From NCBI GenBank assembly GCA_030704615.1, contig CM060731.1:25544001-25608000 (forward strand): a stretch of DNA of 64,000 nucleotides. Direction: 5' to 3'. The translations under genes and the position numbers were made by a program. Below are positions 1 to 14,400 of the stretch, in pieces (position 1 is the stretch's first letter; every line of letters starts with the position of its first letter). The notes under the pieces were generated by a model that was not told the origin of the DNA, made no database searches, and saw only the letters and a list, made by a program, of their open reading frames with translations. This DNA is from Takakia lepidozioides (Eukaryota > Plantae > Bryophyta).

Positions 1-80
1 TGGAGAAAATGCCTTTCACATCATAACAGGTTCATATGACATGTTCACAAATTTTTGACCTTTCACAGAACCATGTCATA

Positions 81-120
81 TGAAATGAAAAATGAAAAAT
101 GAAAAATGAAAAATGAAAAG
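81..120. repeat. Short tandem repeat (TGAAAAA)n, about 5-6 units
   Basis: tgaaatgaaaaatgaaaaatgaaaaatgaaaaatgaaaag read directly. Confidence 0.9.
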
Positions 121-138
121 AAGTGTGAAGATGCCTCC

Positions 139-544
139 TCAAGCGCTCCCCACAAGATTGAAGGAGGGACCTACCAGCTCGTAAAGAACTAGGGCTGATT
201 TCTCTTTGTAAATTTCTGCGCGTTATCCAGCGTAAGAGCCCGCCCCACGATTACCAGTGCATTACACACTCGTGTAATGCACCGGTGCATTACACGAGTG
301 TGTAATGCACACCTGCAATATTTCCTTACCTTTACCTCCAAGATCTTTTTTCACAGCAAGCTACTGGCGGGGAGAAAGCATAAAGGAAGGATGAAAATCC
401 CATTTCTTTACGCAGTGTAATGCCCCTCGTGCTCCGGCACGCCCGGATTCTGGCCTTCCCCGAGGGCGATGAGGCCCTTAAATCCGGGAATGCCCTCCAC
501 TCAGGGCATTACCCTATACCTTCAATCTTGTGGGGAGCGCTTGA
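139..544. mobile_element. MITE-like non-autonomous DNA transposon with 26-bp TIRs and an internal 54-bp perfect palindrome
   Basis: tcaagcgctccccacaagattgaagg (139-164) is the exact reverse complement of ccttcaatcttgtggggagcgcttga (519-544). No ORF. A direct TSD could not be resolved. Confidence 0.75.
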
Positions 545-1771
545 CTTTGGGAATGCAACTTTTGGGTCGAGACTGTCGGTACTCGTCTTCTAACTTGTGC
601 ACGCGGCAACCCCGCTGCCTCTCATCTGGTTCCTTGAGGTAGCTCACTTCCACGTTCTAAGCTCTCCATCAGCTGAGCAGGCTGGAGACTTCTTGCTCTC
701 CTTTCTGGACCTCCTCTAACTGTTATTCATGACTAAAGGATCGAGAGTCCCCCTTACTCTCATCATCTTTGTGAACACCGGAGGTTATGACCTTGAATCG
801 ACCCTGGCTGTTTCAAATCCTCCACCCCATCGGACTGGAACTCAAACTCTGCGTTTCAGCCTCCTCTTATCAAGGCGATCCTCCAGGAAGCAAAAGTGTG
901 ATTCATATTGTTACGTCTTCAATCTCTCCCCTTTCCACAATTATCGTCAAAATCTCTAAAATTGGAGCCCCAAGGATCTCTCTCATTCGACACCTCTTTC
1001 TCCTCTAGCTTTAATGTTCTGATCCCGTTGTTTCTTTCGAACCAAAGTGTAGCTAGTAGTCGTATTCGCTCACACTCTGCATTCACTCGCTATCGGGACT
1101 AGTGAGTACTAATTATAAGTTGGTGCGAAGTGGACAGTGACGCCCGGGCTCATCTGATCAGTGAACTTGAAAGCAGACCCAACGTCTTCTCAGAGAAGCT
1201 AGATCTCAACACCGATCACAGGATTCTCTGACCAGTCTGTCGTAGTACGGAAGCTAGACTTGATGCTCCAGCACTAGCAGCGCTGGGGACCACGACGTCC
1301 TCCTGCGTGCCTCAGGTGAGCTCATACCCTTGTCAACATTGCGGTTCTTAGTGAGTCGCTGACTTCCATTTTTGCGAATTTGGTTTTGCGAGCCGGGCCT
1401 TTCGTTAATGTTAACCATGTAGATAGCATGCCGAGATATGAAGAAGGCCTTGCACACGCAAAATCCTTTTTCACCTGGCAAGATTTGAAGTCTCCTGGAT
1501 ATGTTAGGTCCAACCCGCGATTATCAACTCCCTCAGAATCTTTGTCATTTACTTCGTTGATGTTGAAACTACCTGTCAGCAGGTTCAAGCTCACTATTTC
1601 AAACCATCAAGAGGAGCCGTACCTAATGAACGGACCTCGATTGTTGATTGATATGCTTCTAGCCGCCCACAGAGAAAGATAGGTGCGGAGAGGGTTCTCC
1701 AAGGTCAATTTCTAGCTGAAATTTAACTTGTACCTAAACCTGACATCGGATTTTGACGTTGGCTTGCGCAG

Positions 1772-3290
1772 TGCGCGGGTCCCTCGATCAATCCTGTGAA
1801 TCAGCTATGGCCAAAGGAAGCTGATGCTGCAGATCCTAAGGACACAAACCTGGATGTGATATTCTTCCATGGACTGCAATTTGGGAATGTCGGACAGAAT
1901 GCTTGGAAAGAGACTTGGTCGCAACGTGGTCATCCAGACGTCTGCTGGCCTGAGAAGTGGCTCCCAGAGGACTTGGGGAGAAAAGTGCGGGTCTTTTCTC
2001 TCCAATATGATGCAGCCGCTCAGATGGTTCAGATGGGAGGAAACAATGAAGATGTGACGGACATTGGCAAGAATTTTCTCGAGAGTCTCGTCAATAGGTA
2101 CCTCCACTTATATGTAGAGTCCAATCTCTTCGAGTGCTCAAATCCTACACAGATGAATTAATGACTTGTTTCAATGCTCAGACATTCATATGGGACTGGA
2201 AGGAGAACTATCAATGTGGAGAGCTTGCAATTCTTGTACTATAAATCTTCAAAAGAGTAGAGAATCTGTCAATGTCCATGGAAAGCCCTCGTGCACTGGC
2301 ATTGGTATCCAGTAAAGGAGAGGTGTCCTAACACCATGCTCAATTCGATCTCGCGTGTCTGTAAGTCTGCAAAATATATATATAGTTATATATATAAACT
2401 TCAACTTCGCCACACATGTACAAGGGAAATTTTACATAATAAACACATTTTTGGACGTCTTCGCATGTATACACAGTTGATATCGGTGGTGCTCTGGAAT
2501 GCTTCGTCGCAGCTCGCCATGGAAGATCGGGCAAGCAAACCCAATCGTCTTGGTTGGCCACAACTTTGGGGGGCTCGTCATCAAGAGCTTGGTTGTGGAA
2601 GCTAATCGCAGCCAATATCGCCATGTGCGAAATGCGCTCGACGGGGAGGCCAAGAAGAGTGCCACAGCTTTTCTTGAGAGTATAAAAGGCATTGTGTTCT
2701 ATGCAGTTCCGCACTCCGGAACCAGCACTATGGAAAAGTTTGTCCTGGGAAAGACCATGGAAAGGTTGGCCAGACATTTCGGCCATGTCCAGGGGTATCC
2801 ACGGATGGCCGGTATCATGAAGAATGTCCGTCCTCTGCAGCGGAATATGGAGCAGCTCTCAATAGACTTCGAGGATGCTCTGGACAATTCTGTCAATGTG
2901 TATGCTTTCGCGGAGGGTCTGCACACAAATGGCGTGGTAAGTGCAGTTGGACACTGTATGATCCGCTTAGAAACTGAATGCAGGGCCAATAGACAGTTGA
3001 AGAGCAGTTGAGCATACCAAAGTTGAGTCAAAACCTAGTGATGGAATGGCAGCTGGTAGGCTGATTTGCTCACAACTTGCAATAATCCAGTCACTTCCTG
3101 TATGCCCGAATTGCAGGGTATTGTGGTGGAGGTCGCATCAGCAATGAGACTCGCACGCTACTCCTATATGAAATTGGAAGACTCAAACCACATGGATGTT
3201 TGCAGGCCACCCACAAAGGGCCATCAGAGCTACCACAAGCTCTTGGAGCTCTTGAAGTTAGTAGTGGGGGAGTCCTCTAGGGGAAAATAA
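1772..3290 (+). CDS. Alpha/beta-hydrolase-fold protein (SERAC1/PGAP1-like; resembles the N-terminal hydrolase domain of bryophyte HNL immune receptors); start codon unresolved, possibly a pseudogene
   Basis: Exons 1772-2097, 2513-2936 and 3117-3290 join in frame across GT-AG introns. Motifs VIFFHGL, WPEKWLPEDL, RVFSLQYDA, PIVLVGHNFGGLVIK, GIVFYAVPHSG, NHMDVCRP. Confidence 0.75.
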
Positions 3291-4742
3291 GGTCTCCTTG
3301 GTCTATACTAGTGAGGTGCTTTCACATGTGGTGTTCTGTTATGATCTCATCTCTGAAGGACCATTCTTTGGTCTTTGAGAGGTTTTCAGAATCATCTGTG
3401 CATTAAAAATTTGTAAATGTGGATATATTTCTCCATCCAGGATCATACTCCATGATGCATCCTTAGGAATCAGCAGCTTTCCATACTTGCTATTATTTCC
3501 TTGCTTCAGCTCTTCATGTGCCAATTTGGTTGCATTCTTTGAGTATTTGTGGGTATTTCACTCAGAACCCACCATAACCTCAACTTGTGTGGCTCTTTGA
3601 CCTGTTTTGTATGTGCATTACTCTTCTGCAAACGTAAAGTTAATGGCTCTATGGGTGTGCTCCATTGGCAAGAATTTGACCAGAGACACTGTCATCTTTG
3701 TTGTTCGGAAGGTTTGGTTCTGCATCTCCCTGCCTTCATTGAGAGCCCCACTAGGGTTTCCTCTTCCTTTCTGTTCTCTTCCATAGCTGAGTTAGACTTC
3801 TCTCTCTAGTTATTGATCTTTACGTCACCCAATTCGCATCCAGTGGTTGTTGTCGTCGTCTTTCAGAAATGCATTTGAAACAAGTTTGTGTAGTCAAACT
3901 GAGATAGTTGTACAATCTCTTATACATATTTTCCTGACTGTCTAGTATGTCTCTGTTACCTAACTTTCCAGCATCTGGTTCATTTCTTACGTCTAATCTC
4001 CTTGGTCTTTCTGATCTATGACGTTTCTTAGTTAGTATTGGACTTTGTTATCTGCCTCAGGATGTGTCAGTCAGATTATTTGTTTTATCACTGGTTCAGA
4101 TCCCATGTACAGTTTATGGCATTTCTCTCAACGAAGAAGAGGACTCCTTCCAAAGCCGGCCTAACTAAGAGCCACTTCACCTTGAGGCTACTGCCCCCTT
4201 TCAGGGAAGGGCCCTGTCTTGGAGATCTTAACAAACAAACATAGAAGACAAACTGGACATTGGTGCATAAATAACCCCCTGTTAGAGGAGTAATAATGTT
4301 AGGAGATATGTTGATGTTCCTCCTTGTGATGCTCCTGGAGACTAGAGACTCCTTCAGTGCTCTATGTCTGGAGTCTGGACAGGGCACAATAGAGGAAGAA
4401 TTGGAGAGAACATTGAACTTGCAATTTCCTGATAAAGTGCAGGGCTTACATAGCAAAGTTCAATGTTCCATTGGTGCACATGAATATTACAGCTGGAGCA
4501 GATCACCTTACTTTGGTTCGATTCAACTAAATGTCACGCCCAATGCAACAATCGGCTCTCACATAATCACTGACCTCCACACCCTTTGGCATTGCACATT
4601 TTTCTGTAGCAGGGGACTTTGCTTGTTGAATCAGTTGTGTAGCCAACAGCTAAAAGAAACTCCTTGCTGGTCCCCTGAGGCTAATTGCTTCAGCACCCAG
4701 AGTGGAGATCTAGAAAGTTCTTGTATCAAGAAGCTTCTATAA

Positions 4743-5147
4743 AGACATAACAAACTGCTAACCTTGTTGTACTTGACCAAGTCTTAAGTCTGCTGCTTGT
4801 ACTGTGCAGGTGACAATTGTTGTTTCAACAGATGGACGAGAAGTGGGAGTCCCAACTCCAGACCTTCTGTGTAGGATTATTGTTTGCAAGTACTCAAGTC
4901 CATTATGTTGGCTAGTAACTAGTAGTTTTTTTTCAAATGATAGAGACATAACAAACTGCTAACCTTGTTGTACTTGACCAAGTCTTAAGTCTGCTGCTTG
5001 TACTGTGCAGGTGACAATTGTTGTTTCTACAGATGGACGAGAAGTGGGAGTCCCAACTCCAGACCTTCTGTGTAGGATTATTGTTTGCAAGTACTCAAGT
5101 CCATTATGTTGGCTAGTAACTAGTAGTTTTTTTTCAAATGATAGAGA
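4743..5147. repeat. 201-bp near-perfect tandem duplication (2 copies)
   Basis: agacataacaaactgctaacc...caaatgatagaga occurs twice. The identical ORF tails at 4758 and 4959 are 201 bp apart. Confidence 0.95.
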
Positions 5148-6121
5148 TTTTATTTGGAGTACTTCCTTGCATGGCTCAAGAGTGGACTCTTTTATTTGGA
5201 TTTGATGTTGTGCCTGTAGACTCAAAAACCAAACAGAAACAATCTCATTCAGTGTCTTCTAGTGCCTGCCTCTGCAATGCGCCGGCTCATAACACGAAGG
5301 GAGGAAGGCTGTGAAGGAAGAGTCTACTCCGAGATACGTCCCAATCTCTCACAGAGGTGCTCTATTACGAGGATGATCTGGAAATACTTAGCAGCATAAT
5401 TATTGAGGCATTGACTCTTAGACAATACCTTGAGCAGTATTGTTTCTGCTTGTGGAGCCCCTCTCTCTTTTCTGTTTCATGCTTTCATTTCATTCCCTTC
5501 GGCAAGGGCGCAGTAATGTGCAAGTCTGAACACTGTAGATGAGTGACGCTGACCGAGATGAGAAATATCACTGTCAAGATAACTTTCCTTATCAGTGCAT
5601 TCCAGCAAGTAACCAATCGAACAAGCTCTACACTAAAACTATGCTTAGGCCCAAAACATACGGGACACAAATGCATGTTGTAGCCAACGAAAGAGAGAGC
5701 GACTAATATTGGGCAAGTCTATTTATGATTGCACGCCTGCACCCTTCTTTATCGCCTCCTCACACCATGTTCTTCATTGCTCTCTACAGCCAGATGCTGA
5801 GAGAGAACGCGACTGGCTCCTCCCGCTCTGGACTTTCTGACGCTTGCAACCGAACCCCAGACTTCGAATCTGAGAAACGGAAGAAAATTGTGAGATGACA
5901 GAGGCGGGGAGAAGCTGCTCTTCAGGTTAGATGTCTGTGGGGGCGAGAGAGAGAGAATAAGAAAATTGTGACGTCGACGGGAACTGCAATGGGTTTGTAG
6001 AAGCTTTGAGAGAGCATAAGGCCGTTGACGTCAGAGCAAGCTGAGGAGGGAGAGGGATCAAGAAACGCCCAAGAGTACAGAGGGAGGTCCTGCATTGCGT
6101 GTAGAGTAAGGGGCGCGCCCG

Positions 6122-7435
6122 ATGGTGAAACCACAATCCACTTCTCCAGGTCGGAAGATATGGAGAGAGGCCAAAAATCTTATGGGCGGAGAGGGCACCA
6201 AATCTTATATTGATATTGAGTCCTCCAACGGTTTTGAAAATGCAGACGTCGAAGCATCAGTTCCAAAAACCTGGGGAAAAGGATGTTCTATCGCTGTTAA
6301 GATGTCAATTGTCCTTCTGGTGGCTGCAGCGGCCGCAGTTTGCATCGTAGTGGGGGTGAATCATCACTCCCACAAGAATGGAGGAGTTGAAAGCGCAACA
6401 TTTGCTCCTCTGGTTGTCAGTGTCAAATCAATGAAGTCACTGTGCGATACTACGTTGTAAGAGAATTCTCCATCTGATCATTTGTAATGCAGGATATATA
6501 ACAAGGTTTTGTTGCACACGAGCTCTCTCTCGCTCGCTTGCTCGGTCGCAGTTGTCTTTTCGGAGGAGATCCTGTAATGCAGCTTACGTCGCACGGGTGC
6601 TTCTGAAATTGTGAAACCAGCACTTGGGATTGAAAGACTTCTTACACTTGTGCCCGCTTACAAAAACTGAGATATAGCCCGGCTTCAACGAGATTGGAGA
6701 CCAAACGATTTTGGATCGTCCCCTTGTGAAGTTGGTTGAATTCAGTTCTATTTAATGACTGGAGTGAATCAGAGGATCCTACACTTTCACACTAGCTGCA
6801 AATATTCTGCCCAGGAACGTGGCCGCTGGGGGCACATACATGTATTGATTCTACCTGTAGTTGAATCATGGGAGCCCAGAGTCAACCATTTGCATTGTTT
6901 TCTGCTTTTCCACACGGATCTTATGAGCTTGGTGTTCCATCCTGTCAGGTACCCAGATGTGTGCAGTCGAACTCTCTCGTCCCCAGGTACCAAGAACGCG
7001 AGCCCTCAAAAACTGGTCCTCATATCCATGGAGGCTGCGATGCAAGCTGTAAATGAGTCACTCTCCTTGTCCTCACATTTGAGAAGCATGCTAACAGGTG
7101 GGAATGGGTCGATGGAAGCTTCAGCTCTGGACACGTGCACAGAGGTCCTGCGTGATTCGTTGGATCAGGTTAACACATCCATTTCCCTGGTGGCCGATGT
7201 GGATTGTAGCACTTTCAGTACTGTGATGGGTGACGTCCAGACATACATGAGTGCAGCACTCACGGACCAGGACACATGTTTGTCGGGCATTCAGGAGTTT
7301 GGTGCAGGATATTGCAGTGGCCAACTCAGTGGGAGGAGAGGGAAGCACGTGACTGCACTGCTAAGCATTTCCCTTGCATTGGTTAATAAATTCACTGCGG
7401 ACTTCAACAAACTGGATCCTTCCTGGCATCCTTGA
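6122..7435 (+). CDS. Type II membrane-anchored PMEI/invertase-inhibitor domain protein (resembles the pro-region of pectin methylesterases)
   Basis: Exons 6122-6456 and 6949-7435 (GT-AG) give SLCDTTL-YPDVC, ALDTCTEVL and VQTYMSAALTDQDTCLSG. N-terminal hydrophobic helix SIVLLVAAAAAVCIVVGV. Confidence 0.88.
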
Positions 7436-8749
7436 TATCTATTGAGTACTGTGGCACATGGTGAATCTCAGTTATTCCCCTCTCAGCCAAGCATTCCCTT
7501 TGCTATGGCAGGAGCCAGCAGCTTTGTTTTGTGCCGCAGGGGAAGTCTCCCTTCGTTGAATTCTTACCCCTGCAAGTGGTTGAGTATGGTATACCATAGC
7601 TTAATGTCAGCTGGTAGTGCTACCACCGCTAGCCCATCTTACTCTTGTAACGATGGTTGGGAAAATATAAAAGAATCGGGCTGAAGTTGATGCAGCTCCA
7701 AATGTCAATGTTTATGTTGGTACTCTGTTTCAGCAGATTTAGATCCATTGGGGATTGGCATAGAACATGATATATGTGGGCATGTCTGCAATGGCTCTCG
7801 AGTTAAAGGTAAACTGTTTGAGAGCAGCTACACCTCTAGCTCTGAAAGACACTCACGGACTTTCATTCCTTGACATACGAAGTGCCGGACACTTGCTAAC
7901 CTATCAGCAGCCAAAGACTAGACAACTGAACTCTTACCAAAAACACTGCAGAAATTTCTTTTGTGAAGGATCGTCAAGTTTTCAAGGAAGATCAGTGCAA
8001 ACCCAATGCAGTGTCTATTAACAGAACTGTTAAAATATAACATTCCGTTCTTAGCAAGCAGAATCTAGTAGTAAATGCGTTTGCTATTCCTAATTCAAAT
8101 GATTCCATTCGTTACTCAATAACGTGGGATTGCAATGTTAATGTCAGCGATGTGCCTGCCTCGTGATTTCAACCCTCTTTCCATGGATTGTTGTGTCCAC
8201 CAACTTACTTCACAAAAGTAAGACATGCCATCACATATTACTTAAAAAAAAATTCCTTGGGCCTTTCCATCTGCTCAAACAACACAAAAAATCATGATTT
8301 TCCTTGGGTCTGCAAGTGCACCTCAAAATTTTGAGAAAATTCCACAGTAGGTCACTTGGTGATTAATGGAAGATAATAGGAATAATGTAAGAACCTAATG
8401 CACACATGCGACCTTTGACATGATGGTGCGCCGGTTTCCGGCATGTCAAATCTTCCCCACCTTCTCTTGAGAGTGACATGGATCTGAAGGAGTGTCAACT
8501 CCAGTGGGGGTTACACTGGGTTACACGATGATGTGAGTAGTTACTCCCCTTGGGGTTAAATCGGGTTACATGACGAGGTGTGTAACTCCACTCGGGTTTA
8601 CACAGAATGGAGTGTAACTCCAGGCGGTGTAACCCACACTTGGTCTCGAAATTTGACTAAGTCCGTGGCTAAGTATAAAATGGACTAACCAGAGTTACAT
8701 GAGAAACCAGGGTTACATAGGGTTACATCAACCGGGGTTACACTTCGAG

Positions 8750-8826
8750 AGCCTCCCATCAAGAATCGAACCCTGAACCTCGCCGCCTGCAAGGCTATCA
8801 CCTCACCATCACACTACCCACCAGTG
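8750..8826 (-). other. Degenerate tRNA-derived segment (SINE-head-like or tRNA pseudogene)
   Basis: Minus strand has an A-box-like TAGTGTGATGG and a B-box GGTTCGATTC at tRNA-like spacing. The acceptor stem does not pair well. Confidence 0.4.
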
Positions 8827-9469
8827 CTAACAACCCACTTGGATTCTTCAGTTACTAGGGCTTCGCGTTGCTCCGCACTACTAGCGACTAATTCTGAGAA
8901 CTATGTTCAATTTTTCACAAAAAAGGGGCGGGTCATCCCCATCGTGTTACATGCAGAGATCCCATGTTTTGTTTTTTCCTCGAAGAAAAATGGCGGATCT
9001 GCATTTCAACATTCAATTTTCACAAGCCACATCAATCAATAACAACATACCCAAATACCCTTACATTCACTGTATGAACTTTCAAGCATCCACCATGGGA
9101 TTGGATCTTGGTGGGTTAAGGCTAGCTTTTGACAACATTCATGCAAGTTCGTCAAGGGCTCCATCCAAAGCCACACCATGAGAAACAAACGTACATGTCC
9201 AAATTTAAGATGCTGAACAAACTTGTGCACAGGGCTGCCCCTCTCATCAAGCTCATTCAAATTCGTAATTCACTTCCATCTTCAAGCTTTGGAGAAGCTC
9301 CACCACCCAAACCCAGAATTAGGACAGGACCAGAATCAGTAAAAAAATCACCCCTTCAGTCAAGTGCAATTGTGGGCTGACTTCCTACCTATGCCGGGTA
9401 GACCCCACTATCAGGAAATGGTGCATGGTCTGAGTAGCTACACAGATCAATGAATGACTTCATTCAGTA

Positions 9470-11400
9470 GGTCAGTGTGGCTGTAGGCAGTGAGAACACA
9501 TATAAAGGTGATACTGTTTGTGTTGGGCGGTAGACCCTTTATTTTGCATTTGTTCATACATCTCAACAGCCTCCCTGCCATACTCATGCGGAGCATATGC
9601 TGCAATCATGGTCCTCCATGAAACCACATCATGTTGTGTCATATTGTCACCTGCCAGATGCGGCGTAGATGTTGGATAGCAGCACATAACCTGCATGGTG
9701 GTTGGGATCGCACTTGAGAAGAGATTTTGCTGCATGTTCTGCTACCTCCACATCCCCATGAATTCTGGCAGCAGCAAGCAAGGTCCCCCAAACCAGAGCA
9801 TCTGGTTCAATTGGCATTTTGTTGATGAACTCTTCTACCTCATCTCATCGGCCTACACGGCCAAGAAGGTCCACAATGCAGCAAAAATGCTCCACTGTAG
9901 GAGTGAGGCCGTGATCTCTACTCATGGAACCAAACAAGTGGTGGCCTTCATCCACCAGGCCTACATGCCTACAAGCAGAGAGAAGAGAAACGAAGGTGAT
10001 ACCATACCATCTCGCTTCAAGCCTTCCTGCTGCATCTGTTCAAATAGTTGGAAGGCCTTTGTACTACACCCATGCTGAGCATATCCTGCAATTATGGCAT
10101 TCCATGTTTGCTAAACCATATTTTCAAACACTTGACGTGCATCGTGAACACTCCCACATTTGGCATACATGTTAACAAGGGCATTGTCCAAGTTAATATA
10201 TGACACAACCCCAGCTTTGTTAATATCAGCATGGACCCGCGTGCCCTTTTCCAGGGTCCCTAGACTGGCACATGCATTGACAACAGAAACGAACGTGACC
10301 CTGTTCGGTGTCATCGCGTCCAGTTCCATTTGCTTGTATCTTGAAAGCCTCTTCAGCATATAGCCATGCTCAGCATAGCCATGCTCAGCATATCCTGTAA
10401 TCATGGCATTCCATGAGACCACATCTCGTTTAGGCATTTTGTCGAAAACCTGACGTGCATCTTTTCCGCTCCCACATTTGGCGTCAAGAAGGCTGTTCTC
10501 CACTTTAATATCCTGCAATCATTGCACTCCATGAGGGCTTCACCACTTCCCCCATCATTTGTTCATAGGTCTCCAAAGCCTCCATCCCGTTCCCCTTCTG
10601 TGCATACCCTGCAAGCATAGCGTTCCACGACACCACATTTCTTTCAACCACAGTGTCGAAAACTCCCTTCGCATCCTCGATCCACCCACATTTGGCATAT
10701 GTCCATCAGGGCAGTGTTCAGGATGAATCTGGTGCAATTCCAGCATTGACGATGTCACCACGGACCTCTTTCTCATTTTCCAGGGCTCCCAGGTTTGCAC
10801 ACACATTGCAACCTTGGTACAATTCTAGCTTTGATGATGTCACCATGCACCCTTTGCCCTTTTCCAGGGCTGCCAGGCTTGCACAAGCATTGCAAACGCA
10901 CACAAACATGATGTGGTCGCACTTCACCCCTTACCCATCATTTGCTCATAGGTCTCCAAGGCTCCATCCCGCGCCCCTGCTGTGCATATCCTGCAAGCAC
11001 GGACCTCTTTCCCCTTTTCCAGAGCTCCCAGGCTTCGCATTGCAAACACAAACAAATGTGATGTGGTTGGGCTTCACCCCTTCGCGCAACATTTGCTCCT
11101 AGATCTCTAAAGCCTCCATCCCGCACCCTTGCTGTGCATATCCTGCAATCATCGTTCAGCCATACTGTCGAACACTCCCTTCATACATGTCCACAAGGGT
11201 ATTGTTCTGAATGACATTTTGTACAATTGCAGGTCTGACAATGCACCCACATTTGGCATACCTGTCCGCCAGGGCAGTGTTCAGAATGACATCTGATACA
11301 ATTCCAGCTTGGACGATGTCACCACGGACCTCTTTCCCCTTTTCCAGAGCTCCCAGGTTTGCACACGCATTGCAAACACAAATGTGATGTGGTCGGGTGA
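9470..11400 (-). pseudogene. Scrambled PLS-class PPR gene fragments (P/L/S motifs and E-region pieces)
   Basis: Motifs DVVSWNAMITGYAEHG, TPNRVTFVSVVNACASLG, NALVNMYAKCGSVHDARQVF, DVVSWRTMIAAYA, with many frameshifts and deletions. 9950-10510 nearly duplicates 13385-13915. Confidence 0.9.
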
Positions 11401-12835
<1,435 letters not shown>

Positions 12836-12984
12836 TCAAGAAAAGTGAACTGGTTTGCCTTGCCAATGAAAACCGTAGGTGATGCTCTCAGAAAACAAGA
12901 ACGGGATCATCATATCCCATCCAAACAAAATCACTGCTTAGGATTCATAGTAACCCTAACTCATGACTGCCCACTTCTGAATCG

Positions 12985-13283
12985 TTTTCTTCAGCGGGTC
13001 AGTTTCGTGCAATCCAGCAGCTGCCTTCATGTAAGAGCTTCCATCAAGAATCCACTCCATGATGACTGCTGCCTCCATCTGACCTGGGTGGTGCTTCAGC
13101 TTGTGAGTTAATGGATCAGCAAACTCTTGCTTTCCTTGCATCACCTCGCAAAAGAGGGCTGAGAACCTCAGCAAGTAGGGCTAACACATTTCTATCGTAA
13201 CAGACCGTTGATGCCAAGCCTGACCCCACTGCCGTCCCATTAACAAGGGTGAGGCCCTCTTTTGGCTGCAGCTCAAAGGGCTT
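12985..13283 (-). pseudogene. PAL: Captured internal fragment of phenylalanine ammonia-lyase
   Basis: [23 protein letters not shown]...[45 protein letters not shown]...HETDPL, with one frameshift. Confidence 0.93.
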
Positions 13284-13310
13284 CACCCCTTCGCGCATCA
13301 TTTGCTCATA

Positions 13311-13388
13311 CGCCTGTACCTCTGTTTACCAACTTTGAAAGTCTCGAGGCTGAGCCAAACGCCCAGCCTAGTTATTGGGCAAACCACC
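13311..13388 (+). mobile_element. About 75-bp piece of the LINE family found at 34518-39437, embedded in a PPR fragment
   Basis: gcctgtacctctgtttaccaactttgaaagtctcgaggctgagcca...cctagttattgggcaaaccac matches 38747-38790 and 39152-39240. Confidence 0.85.
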
Positions 13389-14400
13389 AGGCCTACCTGC
13401 CTACAAGCAGAGAGAAGAGAAACGAAGGTGATACCATCTGGCTTCAAGCCTTCCTGCTGCATCTGTTCAAATAGTTGGAAGGCCTCTGTACTACACCCAT
13501 GCTGAGCATATCCTGCAATTATGGCATTCCATGCTTGCTGAACCATATTTTCAAACACTTGACGTGCATCGTGAACACTCCCACATTTGGCATACATGTT
13601 AACAAGGGCATTGTCCAAGTTAATATATGACACAACCCCAGCTTTGTTACTATCAGCATGGACCCGCGTGCCCTTTTCCAGGGCCCCTAGACTGGCACAT
13701 GCATTGACAACAGAAACGAACGTGACCCTGCTCGGTGTCATCGCGTCCAGTTCCATTTGCTTGTATCTTGAAAGCTCAGCATCGCCATGCTCAACATATC
13801 CTGTAATCATGGCATTCCATGAGACCACATCTCGTTCAGGCATTTTGTCGAAAACCTGACGTGCATCTTTTCCGCTCCCACATTTGGCGTCAAGAAGGCT
13901 GTTCTCCACTTTAATACACGAAGAAATTCCAGCTTTCATTATGTCAACTGGACCTCTTCGGCCTTTCCCAAGTCTCCTACACTGGCACATGCATTGAGAA
14001 TGCAAATGAATGTTATGTTGTTGGGCATAACCCCTTCCTGTTGCATTTGTTCATACATTTTGAAAGCCTCTGTACCAGATCCATGTTGAGCATATCCTGC
14101 ATTGCACTCCATGAGGGCTTCATTTGCTCACACGTCTCCAAAGCCTCCATCCCGCGCCCCTGCTGTGCACACCCTGCCCCTTCATGTTGCATTTGCTCGT
14201 AGGTCTCAAAAACATCCCTGCTGCACCCATGCAGAGCACATCCTGCAATCACTGAACTCCAAGGGGCAAAATTTCATTTTGCCATATTGTTGAAACTTGA
14301 CATGCATAGTTCATGCTCCCACATTCGGCATACATGTCAGCAAGGGCAGACTCCAGTAAGCGCTAATCCAGTTTTAACAAGGTCAGCGTGGATCTCTAAT
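13385..14400 (-). pseudogene. PLS-class PPR gene fragments
   Basis: ORF 13298..14005 contains RDVVSWNAMITGY, AWNAIIAGYAQHG and GLKPDGITFVSLLSAC. Further frameshifted motifs extend to about 14400. Confidence 0.9.

Noticed and set aside
545-1700. Possible LTR plus primer-binding site (tggtgcg... at about 1121)
   Set aside because: No second LTR, no TG...CA pair and no gag/pol motifs could be identified.
9260-9360. Minus-strand LILGLGGGA resembling a SAM-binding motif (possible further captured fragment)
   Set aside because: Too short, with no supporting flanking motifs.
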